NCBI GenBank assembly: GCA_002269645.1
Contig: NIVC01000643.1
Location: 36,445-100,444 of the forward strand
Length of the DNA stretch: 64,000 bases
From: Macrostomum lignano
Taxonomy: Eukaryota
Direction: 5' to 3'
Shown: positions 11,753-22,230 of the stretch, piece by piece
Numbering within the stretch: position 1 is the stretch's first letter
Layout: each line of letters begins with the position of its first letter
Notes under the pieces: generated by a model
Database searches by the model: none
The model's input: the letters and a program-made list of their open reading frames with translations, nothing else
What the model was told of the DNA's origin: nothing
Position numbers and translations under genes: made by a program

Positions 11753-12531
11753 TCGCTTTTGACGCTCTAGATAAGACTTTAGACATTCAAAATAAGACTG
11801 CATAGGATCGCAAGCAAGGCCAGGCTAGCCACGGCCAGAGCAAGCCCAGTCTTGGCTGCAGGGATGGCTTGGCCATAGACTAAAAAATGGAATATCAAAA
11901 TGAGAATAAGACGCTCAATATGAGACCGGGAGTGAACGTAATTTATTTGCTTTTTGGCAGTCACCATACAGACTTTTTGGCAGACGTGAGGACATTTCCT
12001 TGAGTGTGAGGAAGGGATTTTCCTCCAGCGTCTCAGTCAGGAAGTCTCTCATCTCGTTGTCAGCCTTGCAATTTTCTTCTCTCCGACCGCCACGAGGTAG
12101 GGATTCAACTCTGCCATGGAGGCGGAACTCCGCAGCGATCCTAAAGGCGGACGCTCTCTTGATCTTGAGAATTTGAGCGGCAGCTAGGATGGTTGATCCA
12201 TTGTTTACTGCGTCGATCCGACGCTGACGGTCTGCTGCAGGAATCGATGGTGCCATCACAGTGAAATCCAAGGGGTCAGATGCAACCCAAGGGGTGAAGA
12301 AGGAGAGCTGGCTGAGGGTCAGAGGGTTAGAGCGATATCTGAAGGCTTTCACACTCAGTCTCATATTGAGCGTCTTATTCTCATTTTGATATCCCATTTT
12401 TTAGTCTATGGCCAAGCCATTCCTGCCGCCAAGACTGGGCATGCTCTGGCCGTGGCTAGCCTGGCCTTGCTTGCGATCCTATGCAGTCTTATTTTGAATG
12501 TCTAAAGTCTTATCTAGAGCGTCAAAAGCGA
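11753..12531 (-). mobile_element. Internally deleted Tc1/mariner/IS630-superfamily transposon (779 bp, 174-bp TIRs, TA TSD)
   Basis: TIRs at 11753-11926 and 12358-12531 are reverse complements with about 4 mismatches. TA flanks both ends (11751-52 and 12532-33). The interior encodes a transposase-like HTH region. Confidence 0.88.
11915..12256 (-). pseudogene. Truncated transposase: N-terminal helix-turn-helix DNA-binding region only (113 aa), no DDE/D domain
   Basis: MAPSIPAADRQRRIDAVNNGSTILAAAQILKIKRASAFRIAAEFRLHGRVESLPRGGRR...MRDFLTETLEENPFLTLKEMSSRL has the HTH / RGGR linker / second HTH (ENP-x-x-TL-x-E) layout of IS630-Tc1 transposases. The frame is open from ATG 12256 to the stop at 11915. 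Confidence 0.75.
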
Positions 12532-12563
12532 TACTAAATAAACTTGCACATTTCAGAGCAATC

Positions 12564-13712
12564 ATGAGGCTGCAGTTGCAACTAATAATTGCAACCTGCA
12601 TGAGCCTGACAACTGTGGTGTACTATTTAATTGCGAAGAACTCAATGCTGCCGCAGCCAGCTGCTTGGATTTTCAACCAGTCTGAAGCAAACTTTCAAGT
12701 TTTGAAGTCTCAAGCGCCGATTTACGCCATACCCTTGAATATTGAGGCTCTGAGGCTGAACTTCCCGAAGCTGAAGGAGGCCACCAAGAGGCACAGCGGG
12801 CCGCACAGAGGCCGGCTGGACCAGATGATGCTGAGCTACGTGCCGGAGTTCAACACTACAGCGTGGACGCTGCACAGCCCCAGCGGCAGGCGCTTCACCA
12901 TAGCAGAGGTCCAAGCCGTCGCCAAGTCCACCATTCGGCCTGGCTATCCGGTGCCAAACGTTGCCCACTTTGTGCTCCCCTTCGGCGACACCCAGCTGCA
13001 GTTCCACCACATGGTCAGCCTCCTCAGCTGCGTGCACGTGATGAAGCCGCACCGCCTGATGCTGTGGTACGCTCCCGGTAGGTTGCCCACCGGACAGTGG
13101 TGGGACCGAGTGAGGAAGAACCTCACCGAGGTGGAGTGGGATGAAATGATTATCATGGTGCAGAGGCCGGTCCCCAAATCGGTGTACTCGGTGCCAGTTC
13201 ACGGCAGAGAGCACCAGTCGGATGTGATGAGGCTGGAGGCCGTGCTTGTATTTGGCGGCGTGTACCTGGACATCGACGTGCTCGTGCTGAAGCCGCTGGA
13301 CCCTCTGCGGAAGTTCGACTTCACCATCGGTAGAGAGGTTTCCTACGGTCTGTGCAACGGCATCTTCATGTCGGCTCCGAGTGCAACTTTTCTGGCCATG
13401 TGGCACACTGCATACCAGGTGTTCGATGATAACGCTTGGGGCGACCACTCTGTGAAGTTGCCGCACTCGATGCAGCTGGCGTTCCCGGACCTGTGCCACG
13501 TGGAGGAGGACAGCCTGGACCGGCCGAACTGGACTTCGGAAGAGGTGGTTTGGATCTTCGGGATCGGGCAGCAGCACCACTGGGACTGGCGGAGAAAGAA
13601 CTACGCTGTTCACCTGTACGGCAAATTCAACGATGAGAACTTGTCTAGCGTTAGAAGCTTGAACTCCATGTACGGGGAAATGTGCCGCTACATTCTTTTT
13701 GGGAGCAGCTGA
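12564..13712 (+). CDS. Glycosyltransferase family 32 (alpha-1,4-GlcNAc/Gal transferase-like, DXD sugar-binding domain), 382 aa, intronless
   Basis: N-terminal hydrophobic anchor (MRLQLQLIIATCMSLTTVVYYLIAK), VPNVAHFV, HQSDVMRLEAVLVFGGVYLDIDVLVLKPLDPLR (DxD motif), LCNGIFMSAPSATFL, WGDHSVKLP and YAVHLY. Codons are GC-rich. A tttcag acceptor at 12551-12556 precedes ATG 12564. The first 22 codons of the track ORF begin inside the transposon TIR. Confidence 0.9.
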   Translation: MRLQLQLIIATCMSLTTVVYYLIAKNSMLPQPAAWIFNQSEANFQVLKSQAPIYAIPLNIEALRLNFPKLKEATKRHSGPHRGRLDQMMLSYVPEFNTTAWTLHSPSGRRFTIAEVQAVAKSTIRPGYPVPNVAHFVLPFGDTQLQFHHMVSLLSCVHVMKPHRLMLWYAPGRLPTGQWWDRVRKNLTEVEWDEMIIMVQRPVPKSVYSVPVHGREHQSDVMRLEAVLVFGGVYLDIDVLVLKPLDPLRKFDFTIGREVSYGLCNGIFMSAPSATFLAMWHTAYQVFDDNAWGDHSVKLPHSMQLAFPDLCHVEEDSLDRPNWTSEEVVWIFGIGQQHHWDWRRKNYAVHLYGKFNDENLSSVRSLNSMYGEMCRYILFGSS

Positions 13713-13997
13713 TGCCTCTGAGTTCGCTTTAAAGGTTCATATCTAGTATTCAGCGGTATTTTTACAGCAATCAATTTTAACTAATTGAAACTTCTAATTC
13801 ATTAAACGTTGCAAATATGCACTTTGTCCAGAGCATACTTTTGTGTTAACCTTCTATTTTAGTTATGGTTTGCTGTAATTTCCTGACCTTAACTTGCATC
13901 AGTTGGCGAAATAAAGCAGCTCGTTTTGACAAACCGCTAAACAAAGCGTGTTAATTGCGCTTGCATCAATAGGGCTTGACGCTGAAGACTATATATT

Positions 13998-14516
13998 GGG
14001 TCCATGAGAATTGCCCGCAGACGAATTGCCCGCCGAGTTTTTTCCCGCCGAGGTTTGCCCGCAATGCTTTTTTCCTGCAGCGCATTTGGCCACGCGGCAG
14101 ATTTTGTCTGCATTGCCTTCCCATGTTTAGTACGTGTTAATCTCAATAAAGAGATTTACACGATCAAAACTTTTTGATAGTAACTGCATATCAAATGCAT
14201 ATTTTGGGGGTAGCAATGTATAGACAGAATCTAGCTGCCAAATGCGCTGCAAAAAAGGATCGCGGGCAAACCTCGGCGGGAAAAAACTCGGCGGGCAATT
14301 CGCTCGCGGGCAATTCACTCGCGGGAAAATTGCATTGCGGGCAAATCTCGGCGGGCAATTCTCGGCGGGCAAATCTCCACGGGCAATTCGCTCACGGGCA
14401 AAATGCACTGCGGGCAAATCTCCGCGGGAAAAGCTCGGCGGGCAAATCTCCACGGGCAAATCTCCTGCGGGCAAATCTCGGCGGGCAATTCGTCTGCGGG
14501 CATTTCTCGTGCTCCC
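13998..14516. mobile_element. Non-autonomous foldback/MULE-like element (519 bp), related to 3687-5036
   Basis: The left end reads gggtccatgagaattgcccgcagacgaattgcccgccgag, and the reverse complement of the right end reads gggagcacgagaaatgcccgcagacgaattgcccgccgag. Subterminal repeats are 14-15 bp. A 9-bp TSD, ctatatatt, lies at 13989-13997 and 14517-14525. Confidence 0.88.
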
Positions 14517-15512
14517 CTATATATTTGGTGCATTAAGTGTTTTATATTAGTACGAGAAGTATACCGATATTGATCCCATTTGGCTCTTCCCATTGCGGAT
14601 GATTAAGTAGAACATATAGCATAGAGTTAAGGGGTGTATTTATGTTTGTCTGTTTGCCTGCAAGTCACAGGTTGTTCCTGTAACTCAAAGAGGTTGTCTG
14701 TAAGCCACTGGGTTGTTGTCTGTATAGAAATCAAAACAGAACTTCTATGCTCAATGAGTCTATGTCCATGAGACTAAGCTGACGTGTTGAGATTCTCTTC
14801 TTGTTCTTGCTTGAGAATGTCGGAAGAGTGAATGTCTAATGTCACGTGTGCATGCCTTATAAAAAATATTTTTACCTAAGTGTAAAGATTCAAAAGCCTC
14901 AATTCCAGCTACATGTCCGTACAGCAATCCGACTTCGCCTGCTGTACGGGATGTACATGCACGACATTGGTCCGCACCGCACCGTCTGCGGACAGTGCGA
15001 CTCGGCGAGAGTGATGCTGTATGCAGACCTGCTGGCCTGAAATACAACTGCATTCAATAGCAAAAGTCCTCGATAAGCCCTCCAGATACACGCAGGCTAA
15101 TAACCTGTTGAATATCTCGAGGGTTGGTTCAATCGGCTTAAAGCGTGCTGTACTGTAAAGCATTTTTCTCGACAACTTTGCGTACTGCAAAAGGCGAACT
15201 CTCTCTGTCTTAAGCTGGTTAATAGCGGGCAGGTGTGAGCAATTGTCAAACCGCTGCGACAATTAGGCGTCAATCTGAGCTGCTTTAGGCGAGTCCCTTA
15301 TAAGATAGTAAAATTCATTTTTTGCCGAGCGGAGTCTCTTGCGCTGCTCAAATTTTGCCTCGCCTGAAGCAGCGATAAGGCGAGGCGCTGAGCCGCCATT
15401 ACAAACGAGCCACCTCTCGGGCTCGGTTCAGGCGGGGACGGAGCTGCCAACTCACCTTGTGCACAAATTTCACTCTCTTGCTGGGGCTGCTCAAAACTTG
15501 CTATACGGCGAA

Positions 15513-18500
15513 ATGATTCCGTTTGCAGACGAGATCGACACGTCCTGCCTGCAGGAGGAGTGCAACACCACCTGGCTCAACACCGGTAACCTGCCCGCCA
15601 TCATCTTCTTTCGGAGTGAGTCGCTTTCCCTCCCTCTGTTACCAGTGCTTAGCAGATCAAATGCAAGAGTGTCAGACTCATCAGAGGGGATGTTAGACAG
15701 GCAACAGGGGGTATCAGACTGTCAGCAGGAGTGTCAGACACATCAGAGTGACAGAGTGAGATGTCAAAAGGTGGGATGTCAGTTTAATAATACAGAAGAA
15801 TTAGGTCGAGTACATGCGCAATGGTTCATCATTTATTTAACCTTCAGCTTTGCCAGTCTCGGACAGAGCTCTGGTCGTCTCGTCAATCGTGATTGCCTTC
15901 CTCAGCAACTGCCTGTACATCGCCCAGATTGTGCTGCTGGTGCGCAAGAAGTGCAGCTACAACTACATCAAGCTGGCGTCCACCCTGCTGGCTCTGTACC
16001 CGGTGGGTTCCCCGGACTTGGCTTGTCAGTCTGCACTTTGTCCTGTATAGTAGCGGGGTTTTCAGGAGCACCGGCTCGACAAGGCTAAATGGAATTTAGC
16101 ATACGTTGGAGTCAGAGAATCCTAAATGATGACAGAGGATCCAGGGGTTTCAGGAGAATCCAGGGTTTGCCTCGAGATCCAGAGGTGTCAGAGAATTCAG
16201 GGTTTGCCTGGGGATCCAGAGGTGTCAGAGAATCCAGGGTTTGCCTGGAGATCCAGAGGTGTCAGAGAATTCAGGGTTTGCCTGGGGATCCAGAGGTGTC
16301 AGAGAATTCAGGGTTTGCCTGGGGATCCAGAGGTGTCAGAGAGTCCAGGGTTTGCCGCCTGGAGATCCAGGGTTGCCAGAGGATCCAGGGTTGTCAGAGG
16401 ATCAAGGGGTGCAATATTTCCAGGTGCCAGAGGTTTCGGAAGAAACCAAAAGCAACTCAATCTTCACTCTCGCATCGCAGGTTTACCAGAACCTCAGCTG
16501 CATCGCAATGATAATACCGAGGGCCGTGTCCTTCATTGCTGTGCTGGTTGGAGCGTAAGTGTACTTTTAGGCATTCTGTTTGTCTGCAAGTCACTTAGAC
16601 TGTGCTGAGAAGGCTTCGGATTGTGTCTGTAGGTCATAGAGGTGTTTGTAAGCTTCTGGGGTTGTGTCTGTCAGTCATAGAGGTGTCTGTAAGTCATAGA
16701 GGTGTCTGTGAACCATCGGGGTTGTGCCTGTAAGTCAGGTGTCTGTAAGTCATAGAGGTGTCTGTAAGCCTCTGGGGTTGTGTCTGTAAGTTATAGAGGT
16801 GTCTTTAAATCTCTGGGGTTGTGTCTGTAAGTTATAGTGTCTGTAAGTCATACGAGGTGTCTGTAAATCATAGAGGTGTCTGTAAGTCATAGAGGTGTCT
16901 GTGAACCATCGGGGTTGTGCCTGTAAGTCAGGTGTCTGTAAGTCATAGAGGTGTCTGTAAGCCTCTGGGGTTGTGTCTGTAAGTTATAGAGGTGTCTTTA
17001 AATCTCTGGGGTTGTGTCTGTAAGTTATAGTGTCTGTAAGTCATAGGAGGTGTCTGTAAATCATAGAGGTGTCTGTAAGTCATAGAGGTGTCTGTGAACC
17101 ATCGGGGTTGTGCCTGTAAGTCAGGTGTCTGTAAGTCATAGAGGTGCCTGTAAGCCTCTGGGGTTGTGTCTGTAAGTTATAGTGTCTGTAGGTCATAGGA
17201 GGTGTCTGTAAATCATAGAGGTGCCTATAAGTCATAGAGGTGTCTGTGAAACATCGGGGTTGTGCCTGTAAGTCAGGTGTCTGTAAGTCATAGAGGTGTC
17301 TGTGAAACATCGGGGTTGTGCCTGTAAGTCAGGTGTCTGTAAGTCATAGAGGTGTCTGTAAGCCTCTGGGTTGTGTCTGTAAGTTATAGTGTCTGTAAGT
17401 CATAGGAGGTGTCTGTAAATCATTGAGGTGCCTGTAAGTCATAGAGGTGTCTGTAAGTCATAGAGGTGTGTGGAAGTTGTGTCTGTTGTGTCTGTAAGTC
17501 ATCAAGATAGGCCTTCCCCGCCCCTGGCAACCGCAGGTACACAATGATCGTGTTTAACGACTTCTCCAACATGATGTCCTTCGTGTTCGGGGGATTCCGG
17601 CGCCTGCTGGACAAGATGGACGGCCAGGAGCTGCAGCGGCCGCGGCTTTGCTCGTGCTTGCCGAAGACCTACTGGACCAAGTGGGTGCTTCTCTAGGGTG
17701 CTGAAATGCTTTTTGTGTCCTGAAGTTTTATTGGCACATGCTAATTGTGCTACTGTTAGTAACACCATTAGGACTAGCGCAAAGCAGGATAGAATTTCCT
17801 CCATTGCCTGCTGCTGATTTCTATCGTAATAGATTGTCTACTGTCTGTAGTAGACTGTCCACTGTCTGTAGTAGACTGTCTACTGTCAGTAGTAGACTTC
17901 CACTGTCTGTAGTAGACGTCCACTGTCTGTAGTATCCTTCTACTGTCTTTAGTATACTTCTACTGTCTGTAAAGTAGACTTCTACTGTATGTGGTAGACT
18001 GTCCACTGTCTGTAATAGGCTTCCACTGTTTGTAGTAGACTTTTACTGTCTGTAGTACACTTTTACTGTCTGTAGTAGGCTGTCTACTGTTACTGTTTAC
18101 AGCAATAGTCAGACTGTTCTCTGTAATGATCTGTCAAAAATAAAAGTAGACAACAGTCTGCTGTCAACTCTACTGCTGTAGATAATTGACTGTTTGACTA
18201 CCTACTGTAAGTCTGTAGTAGGCATTCTGATCCCTGTCCCGCAGGAGGCGAGTGGTGGTGACGCGGGCCCTGGTGCGGCAGGGCAAGCTGGTGTACTACA
18301 TCTACGTTGTGCTGGCGGCCATCCTGCTGCTCAACGGCAACTACGAGAAGCGGCCGCTGGAGGTGAACCGGCCGCTGTTCTGGCTCAGCGTGATCGCTGG
18401 GATCAGCCGCTTCGCCGCCACCATCTCTCTGGTGGCCTTCGTTCGCTCCGTCATCAAGGTGCTGACCGGCTACAGCTTGGGCAGGAAGTTTGTCGCCCTG

Positions 18501-20004
18501 CAGATCATCAACATTTTCCACCTGGTCACCAGCATCGCCACCACGTTTCTGAAGTCCCGGAACCTGCCGATTAGCAACTCCGGGCTCGTGTCTGCCGATA
18601 ACAGGATCGACTGTGAGTGCTGGCACTCTGAATCCCTGTGTCTGTCACTCTGGCCCACTGTCTGTCACTCTGGCTCACTGTCTGTCACTCTGGCTCACTG
18701 TCTGTCACTCTGGCTCACAGTGCTTGTCCCTCTGGCTCACTGTCTGTCACTCTGGCTCACTGTCTGTCACTCTGGCTCACTGTCTGTCACTCTGGCTCAC
18801 TGTCTGTCACTCTGGCTCACAGTGCTTGTCCCTCTGGCTCACTGTCTGTCACTCTGGCCCACTGTCTGTCACTCTGGCCCACTGTCTGTCCCTCTGGCCC
18901 ACTGCCTGTCACTCTGGCCCACTGCCTGTCACTCTGGCTCACTGTGCCTGTCACTCTGGCTCCCTTTGCCTGTCACTCTGGCTCCCTTTGTCTGTCACTC
19001 TGACTCACTGTCTGTCACTCTGGCCCACTGTCTGTCACTCTGGCCCACTGTCTGTCACTCTGGCTCAATTTCTGGCACTCTGGCTCACTTTCTGTCTCTC
19101 TGGCCCACTGCCTGTCACTCTGGCCCACTGCCTGTCACTCTGGCTCACTGTGCCTGTCACTCTGGCTTACTGCCTGTCACTCTGGCTCACTGTGCCTGTC
19201 ACTCTGGCTCCCTTTGCCTGTCACTCTGGCTCCCTTTGTCTGTCACTCTGACTCACTGTCTGTCACTCTGGCCCACTGTCTGTCACTCTGGCCCACTGTC
19301 TGTCACTCTGGCTCAATTTCTGGCACTCTGGCTCACTTTCTGTCACTCTGGCCCACTGTCTGTCACTCTGGCTCCCTTTGTCTGTCCCTCTGGCTCACTG
19401 TGCCTGTCACCCTGGCTCACTGTCTGTCCCCTGGCTCACTGCCTGTCACTCTGGCCCACTGTCTGGCACACTTGCTCACGTCTGGCACTCTCACTATGGC
19501 TCACTGTTCCTGTCACTCTGGCTCCCTACTAATGCCAGAAGAGTCCCAGGTCAGATGGAAGTCTACCAGTAGGTCATAGAGTTCAGAGGTCATGGAGGTC
19601 AGAGGTCATAGAGGTCAAAGGTCATAGAGGTCAGAGGTGCCTGTTTTTATCCAGAGTTCCCAGCCGGCACAGTCACTCCACCCGCAGTGTACGGCAACTT
19701 CGCCGTGATGATGGTGACCACCCTGTGCCAGCTGTGGGCGTTCGTCCTGTTCCACCGGTCGCCCAGGCCAAACGATCAGCCCGGGCAGTTCGGAGTTCCG
19801 CCCGCGACGCCGGCCGCAGCGGCGGGTCAGGAGCGGCAGCCGCAGGTGCAGCCGAGGCGGACCTCATCGAGCTACACGGTGGACACGGTGCAGTCCAGCG
19901 TCGCCTCCGGTGTGGTTGACGACTCGGTGCGCCAGGTGGTGGAGGAGGACGAGCTGTACGAAGTTCCGGCGCAGCCGAGGCTGCGAGTGAGCGAGGCTGT
20001 CTGA
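15513..20004 (+). CDS. Organic solute transporter alpha (OSTalpha/SLC51A-TMEM184 family)-like multi-pass membrane protein
   Basis: Exons 15529(or ATG 15513)-15615, 15857-16002, 16481-16554, 17537-17680, 18245-18612 and 19688-20004. All introns are GT..AG with matching phases (1,0,2,2,1). The protein has several hydrophobic segments, LALYPVYQNLSCIAMIIPRA, MSFVFGGFRRLL, a Cys-rich loop RPRLCSCLP, and KFVALQ, as in the Solute_trans_a family. The true start codon or first exon is uncertain. Confidence 0.8.
16135..16400. repeat. ~37-bp minisatellite, intron 2 of the OSTalpha-like gene
   Basis: Repeated ggatccagaggtgtcagagaattcagggtttgcctgg. Confidence 0.9.
16621..17500. repeat. Complex minisatellite (core gtgtctgtaagtcatagag), intron 3
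   Basis: 19-bp core interleaved with ggggttgtg variants and larger block duplications. Confidence 0.9.
17835..18220. repeat. Degenerate ~21-bp minisatellite (ctactgtctgtagtagactgt), intron 4
   Basis: Tandem degenerate copies between exons 4 and 5. Confidence 0.8.
18640..19530. repeat. 20-bp minisatellite (tctgtcactctggctcactg), intron 5
   Basis: Tandem copies starting just after the GT donor at 18613; source of the spurious SLWLTVCH/HSGSL ORFs. Confidence 0.92.
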
Positions 20005-20132
20005 GTCCCTAGGATTGCTGGGAGCCCAGGTGGTCAGCAAACGGCAAAGAAGGCTAAAGAAGTCAAAGGAAAATCAATGAAAAGTTATGAAAGCTCAAAA
20101 AAAGATGAAAGAAGGGGAAAGAAGGTCGATAA

Positions 20133-20360
20133 AGATCAATAAAGGTCAATAAAGATCAATAAAGGTCAATAAAGATCAATAAAGGTCAATAAAGGTCAAT
20201 AAAGGTCAATAAAGGTCAATAAATATCAATAAAGTTCAATAAAAATCAATAAAGATCAATAAAGGCTCATAAAGGTCAATAAAGGTCAGAAATGGCAGTA
20301 GAGGTTCATAAAAGGTCAATAAATGTCAATAAAGGTTAATAAAGGTCAATAAAGATCAAT
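20133..20360 (+). repeat. 10-bp minisatellite (caataaaggt) made of AATAAA poly(A) signals, 3' of the OSTalpha-like stop codon
   Basis: 18 AATAAA hexamers counted between 20138 and 20353, starting about 130 nt after the stop at 20004. Confidence 0.85.
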
Positions 20361-21574
20361 ACAGGTGCATAAAGGGGAATTAACAATAAGCGCAGGACAA
20401 TGGCCGCAATACACTATTTGGATGCACTACTATTTCAGTCTATTGTACTATTGCATAAACAGTCAACCATGAAAGCGACATTGAAATAGTTAATCCTGAA
20501 GCAGTTTGATTACATTTTTAAATTGCTATTTTTGGCCCCTAAAGTTTTAGATGCACTAACAAGATAAAGATCGTTTTTTATATTATAATAAGCACAATTG
20601 TTACTCTGCCGAATAAATTTGTTATTTTTAAAACATTTAAAACAATAGTATTATTTACCATTCTTAACTATATTTAATAATTTATATCAGTTTTTTTTAC
20701 TTTTGTTTATTCCTCCTACAAAAAAACAAGTTTCAGGCTTGCCAAAATTTAACCTGAAAAAGATTTGTTTTAATGCTTCTTATTTTTTAACGTGTTTTAA
20801 GTGTCAAAAATTACAGAGAGCCAAAATTTCTGAGAGCTCCCAAAAAAGTTTTTTCTCTAACAAAAAATTTTAACAGTAAAACTCATTTACACTACTGAAG
20901 GATAAATTCGAACAGTAGTATCAACGTAAAGACTTTACCAGCACAGACTAAACGGGGCCTCAATAAGAATTGGCAAATCAAGCCAGCCTGTCTGTCTAAA
21001 AGCATCGAATTCGAATTTCGAACCTGTCCAAGGGAACATCGATCGAGAAATGCGGAACCGGTATGAATGATTTTTAAGGACCCGAGTATCAGAGAGAATG
21101 CACTGACCAAGGCAAGCCCGAGAGATGTCTATCAAGCCCATCCCATCGGGGAATTCCAGCAACAGTTATAACAAAGATGAAGAATTTCCTGCTTCAGGAG
21201 GCGGGGATGGGGCGCCAGTTCCTCGATATTGGCTTTTTATTTGCTGCTTTTATTTGCCTCTGACCTTCTTTGTCCGACCCGGGCCGGCCTTGAATAACAA
21301 CCACTTTATAGTCTATGGCTTTGAGGGGAGCAATTACTGCGGGAATTCCCTGCGCTCCAGCTGACTGACAGGTCCGCGTTGCGTCACTGAAAGGGGGTCC
21401 GAGATGCTCTGCTTTATCAGCGGGCAGACATCTGCAATCTGCCTGCTATCGCTGCAGTGCCATCTTGAAAATTCTTGATTTTCGAGAAAAATACCTTTAT
21501 GGTTAATTTTATTTTTTGATGGGCGCTTGAGAGAAAGTTTGAATAAAACTGCTTGGAACGGTTACTGATAGACA

Positions 21575-22230
21575 CATGAGACAGGGTGAGAATGGAGATT
21601 ATTGGAGACATGAGACAGGTGAGAATGGAGATTATTGGGAGACATGAGACAGGTGAGAATGGAGATTAATGGAGATATGAGAAAGGTGAGAATGGAGATT
21701 ATTGGGAGACATGAGACAGGTGAGAATGGAGATTAATGGAGATATGAGAAAGGTGAGAATGGAGATTAATGGAGATATGAGAAAGGTGAGAATGGAGATA
21801 AATGGAGACATGAGACAGGGTGAGAATGGAGATTAATTGAGATATGAGACAGGGTGAGAATGGAGATTAATGGAGATATGAGACAGGGTGAGAATGGAGA
21901 TTAATGGAGACATGAGACAGGAGAGAATGGAGATTGATAAAGACATAAGACACGTGAGAATGGAGATTAATGGAGATATGAGACAGGGTGAGAATAGAGA
22001 TTAATGGACATTAATGAGACAGGAGAGAATGGAGATTGATAAAGACATAAGACACGTGAGAATGGAGATTAATGGAGATATGAGACAGGGTGAGAATAGA
22101 GATTAATGGACATTAATGAGACAGGAGAGAATGGAGATTGATAAAGACATAAGACACGTGAGAATGGAGATTAATGGAGACACGAGACAGGTGAGACTGA
22201 GAATGGAGATTAATGGAGATATGAGATAGG
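21575..22230. repeat. ~33-bp purine-rich minisatellite
   Basis: Repeated gagacagggtgagaatggagattaatggagatat with variants. Confidence 0.9.

Noticed and set aside
12498-12563. First 22 codons of the 404-aa ORF as the true N-terminus
   Set aside because: The ATG lies inside the transposon TIR; a splice acceptor and a better ATG before a signal-anchor follow at 12551-12566.
14760-15262. Coding-like GC-rich island and overlapping short ORFs between the foldback element and the OSTalpha-like gene
   Set aside because: No recognisable homology, non-ATG starts, and no consistent exon chain; may be UTR or promoter DNA.
18613-19579. Long SLWLTVCH/HSGSL ORFs (including the C-terminal part of 18252..19532)
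   Set aside because: Read-through of the intron-5 minisatellite; the real exon ends at the GT donor at 18613.
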